A DNA stretch of 64,000 bases from Camelus ferus (lineage: Eukaryota). The stretch's first letter is position 1, and every line of letters starts with the position of its first letter. Made by a program: the position numbers and the translations under genes. The notes under the pieces were generated by a model that saw nothing but the letters and a program-made list of their open reading frames with translations, was not told where the DNA came from and did not search any database. Below are positions 63,174 through 64,000 of the stretch, in pieces. The stretch spans positions 109,742,001-109,806,000 of the forward strand of contig NC_045696.1 in assembly GCF_009834535.1 (NCBI RefSeq), written 5' to 3'.

Positions 63174-64000
63174 GTAATGAGAAAGAAATCTACTTACTTG
63201 TTTGTATTAAGTACATGTTGACCTCTTAAACAGATAAGCATCTTGTGATCTCTGAATTGTACATACAAACGAAAAACTTCAAAATCAGATGTTTCTGATT
63301 TAATTTAAACTTTTAAAAGTCAGAAAAATAATTATAAATTGAGGTAATTTATCAGTAAATTGAAAAAAGGTATTTCATTCTTAAATTTGGAGATCGAGAT
63401 TAGGAATTTTTTTTCCCAGACCTTTTCCAGTCTTTTTTGCATTTGTGTAGTTAATGCTTAGTTTTTCTCCCAGTCACCTTGTTTTCATTTTAAGTCTTCT
63501 TCTAAATTTCACCCAACACATACCTACATTTGTTCATTGAATTTGTATGAGTTTCTCTGAATTCCCTGTTTTTTCTTTCCTTGGGCTTTACCTTGAAAGC
63601 AGAATGCTTCCTATCTTTCATCTTTTTGGTCATCTCTCCCCTACCTCCCTTCTCTTTCACATCCCATGATTTTTCCTCTACACTAGATATATGGATTTAT
63701 CTCTGCTTTTGGCTTTCTCCAAGTGTGGAATTGCTCTCATTTTTAAAATTTAGGTTACATTTTACCAGTGAAAGCTTGGTATTTAAAGAAACGGCTAGAG
63801 AAGCCCATGGGTAACACCATTTTCCCTTTTAAAGCTAATCAATTGCACTTATTTATAAGCTCTAGAAATAGGCTACTTCCTTTGCATGTTCTTTTTACAT
63901 TCCAGAATTTATGTTTAACTGTATCTTGGCTAAGACAGATGAGAATATTTCCCAGAATTTGTTCCTAGTCATATTTGGGTAACATCACACAGCAGCATTT

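Noticed and set aside
1..64000. Prokaryote-type systems (CRISPR arrays, operons, defence islands)
   Set aside because: The sequence is intron-containing mammalian DNA; no regularly spaced repeat-spacer array or intact foreign gene was seen.

Overview
Mammalian genomic DNA, most likely a camelid (many tRNA-derived SINEs of the Vic-1 type; inferred from recalled consensus, not a database search). The window holds two divergently transcribed genes. On the minus strand are exons 1-2 of a transferrin-family gene most like the inhibitor of carbonic anhydrase (ICA/INHCA); the gene continues past the left edge. On the plus strand are TOPBP1 exons 1-21. Its 20 coding exons splice in frame with GT-AG junctions to 3592 nt, placing S1138, W1145 and S1159 of the ATR-activation domain at human numbering; the gene continues past the right edge. 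The ~19 kb between the promoters and the introns are mostly repeats (L1, L2, MIR, MLT1, MER58, SINEs, ERV LTR pieces). I found no convincing new biological system. The most notable observations are: (i) a three-layer nest in which an old MLT1 LTR holds an unidentified processed-mRNA 3' retrocopy that a young L1 has split; (ii) a solo ERV LTR inserted inside a SINE; (iii) two short polyadenylated inserts resembling ERV-LTR ends, apparently mobilised in trans by L1; (iv) a ~150-nt AG-free pyrimidine tract before TOPBP1 exon 15, suggesting a distant branch point; and (v) an intact-looking, divergent ICA-like gene at a position that is a pseudogene in human. Repeat family names and old-repeat boundaries are by eye and approximate.
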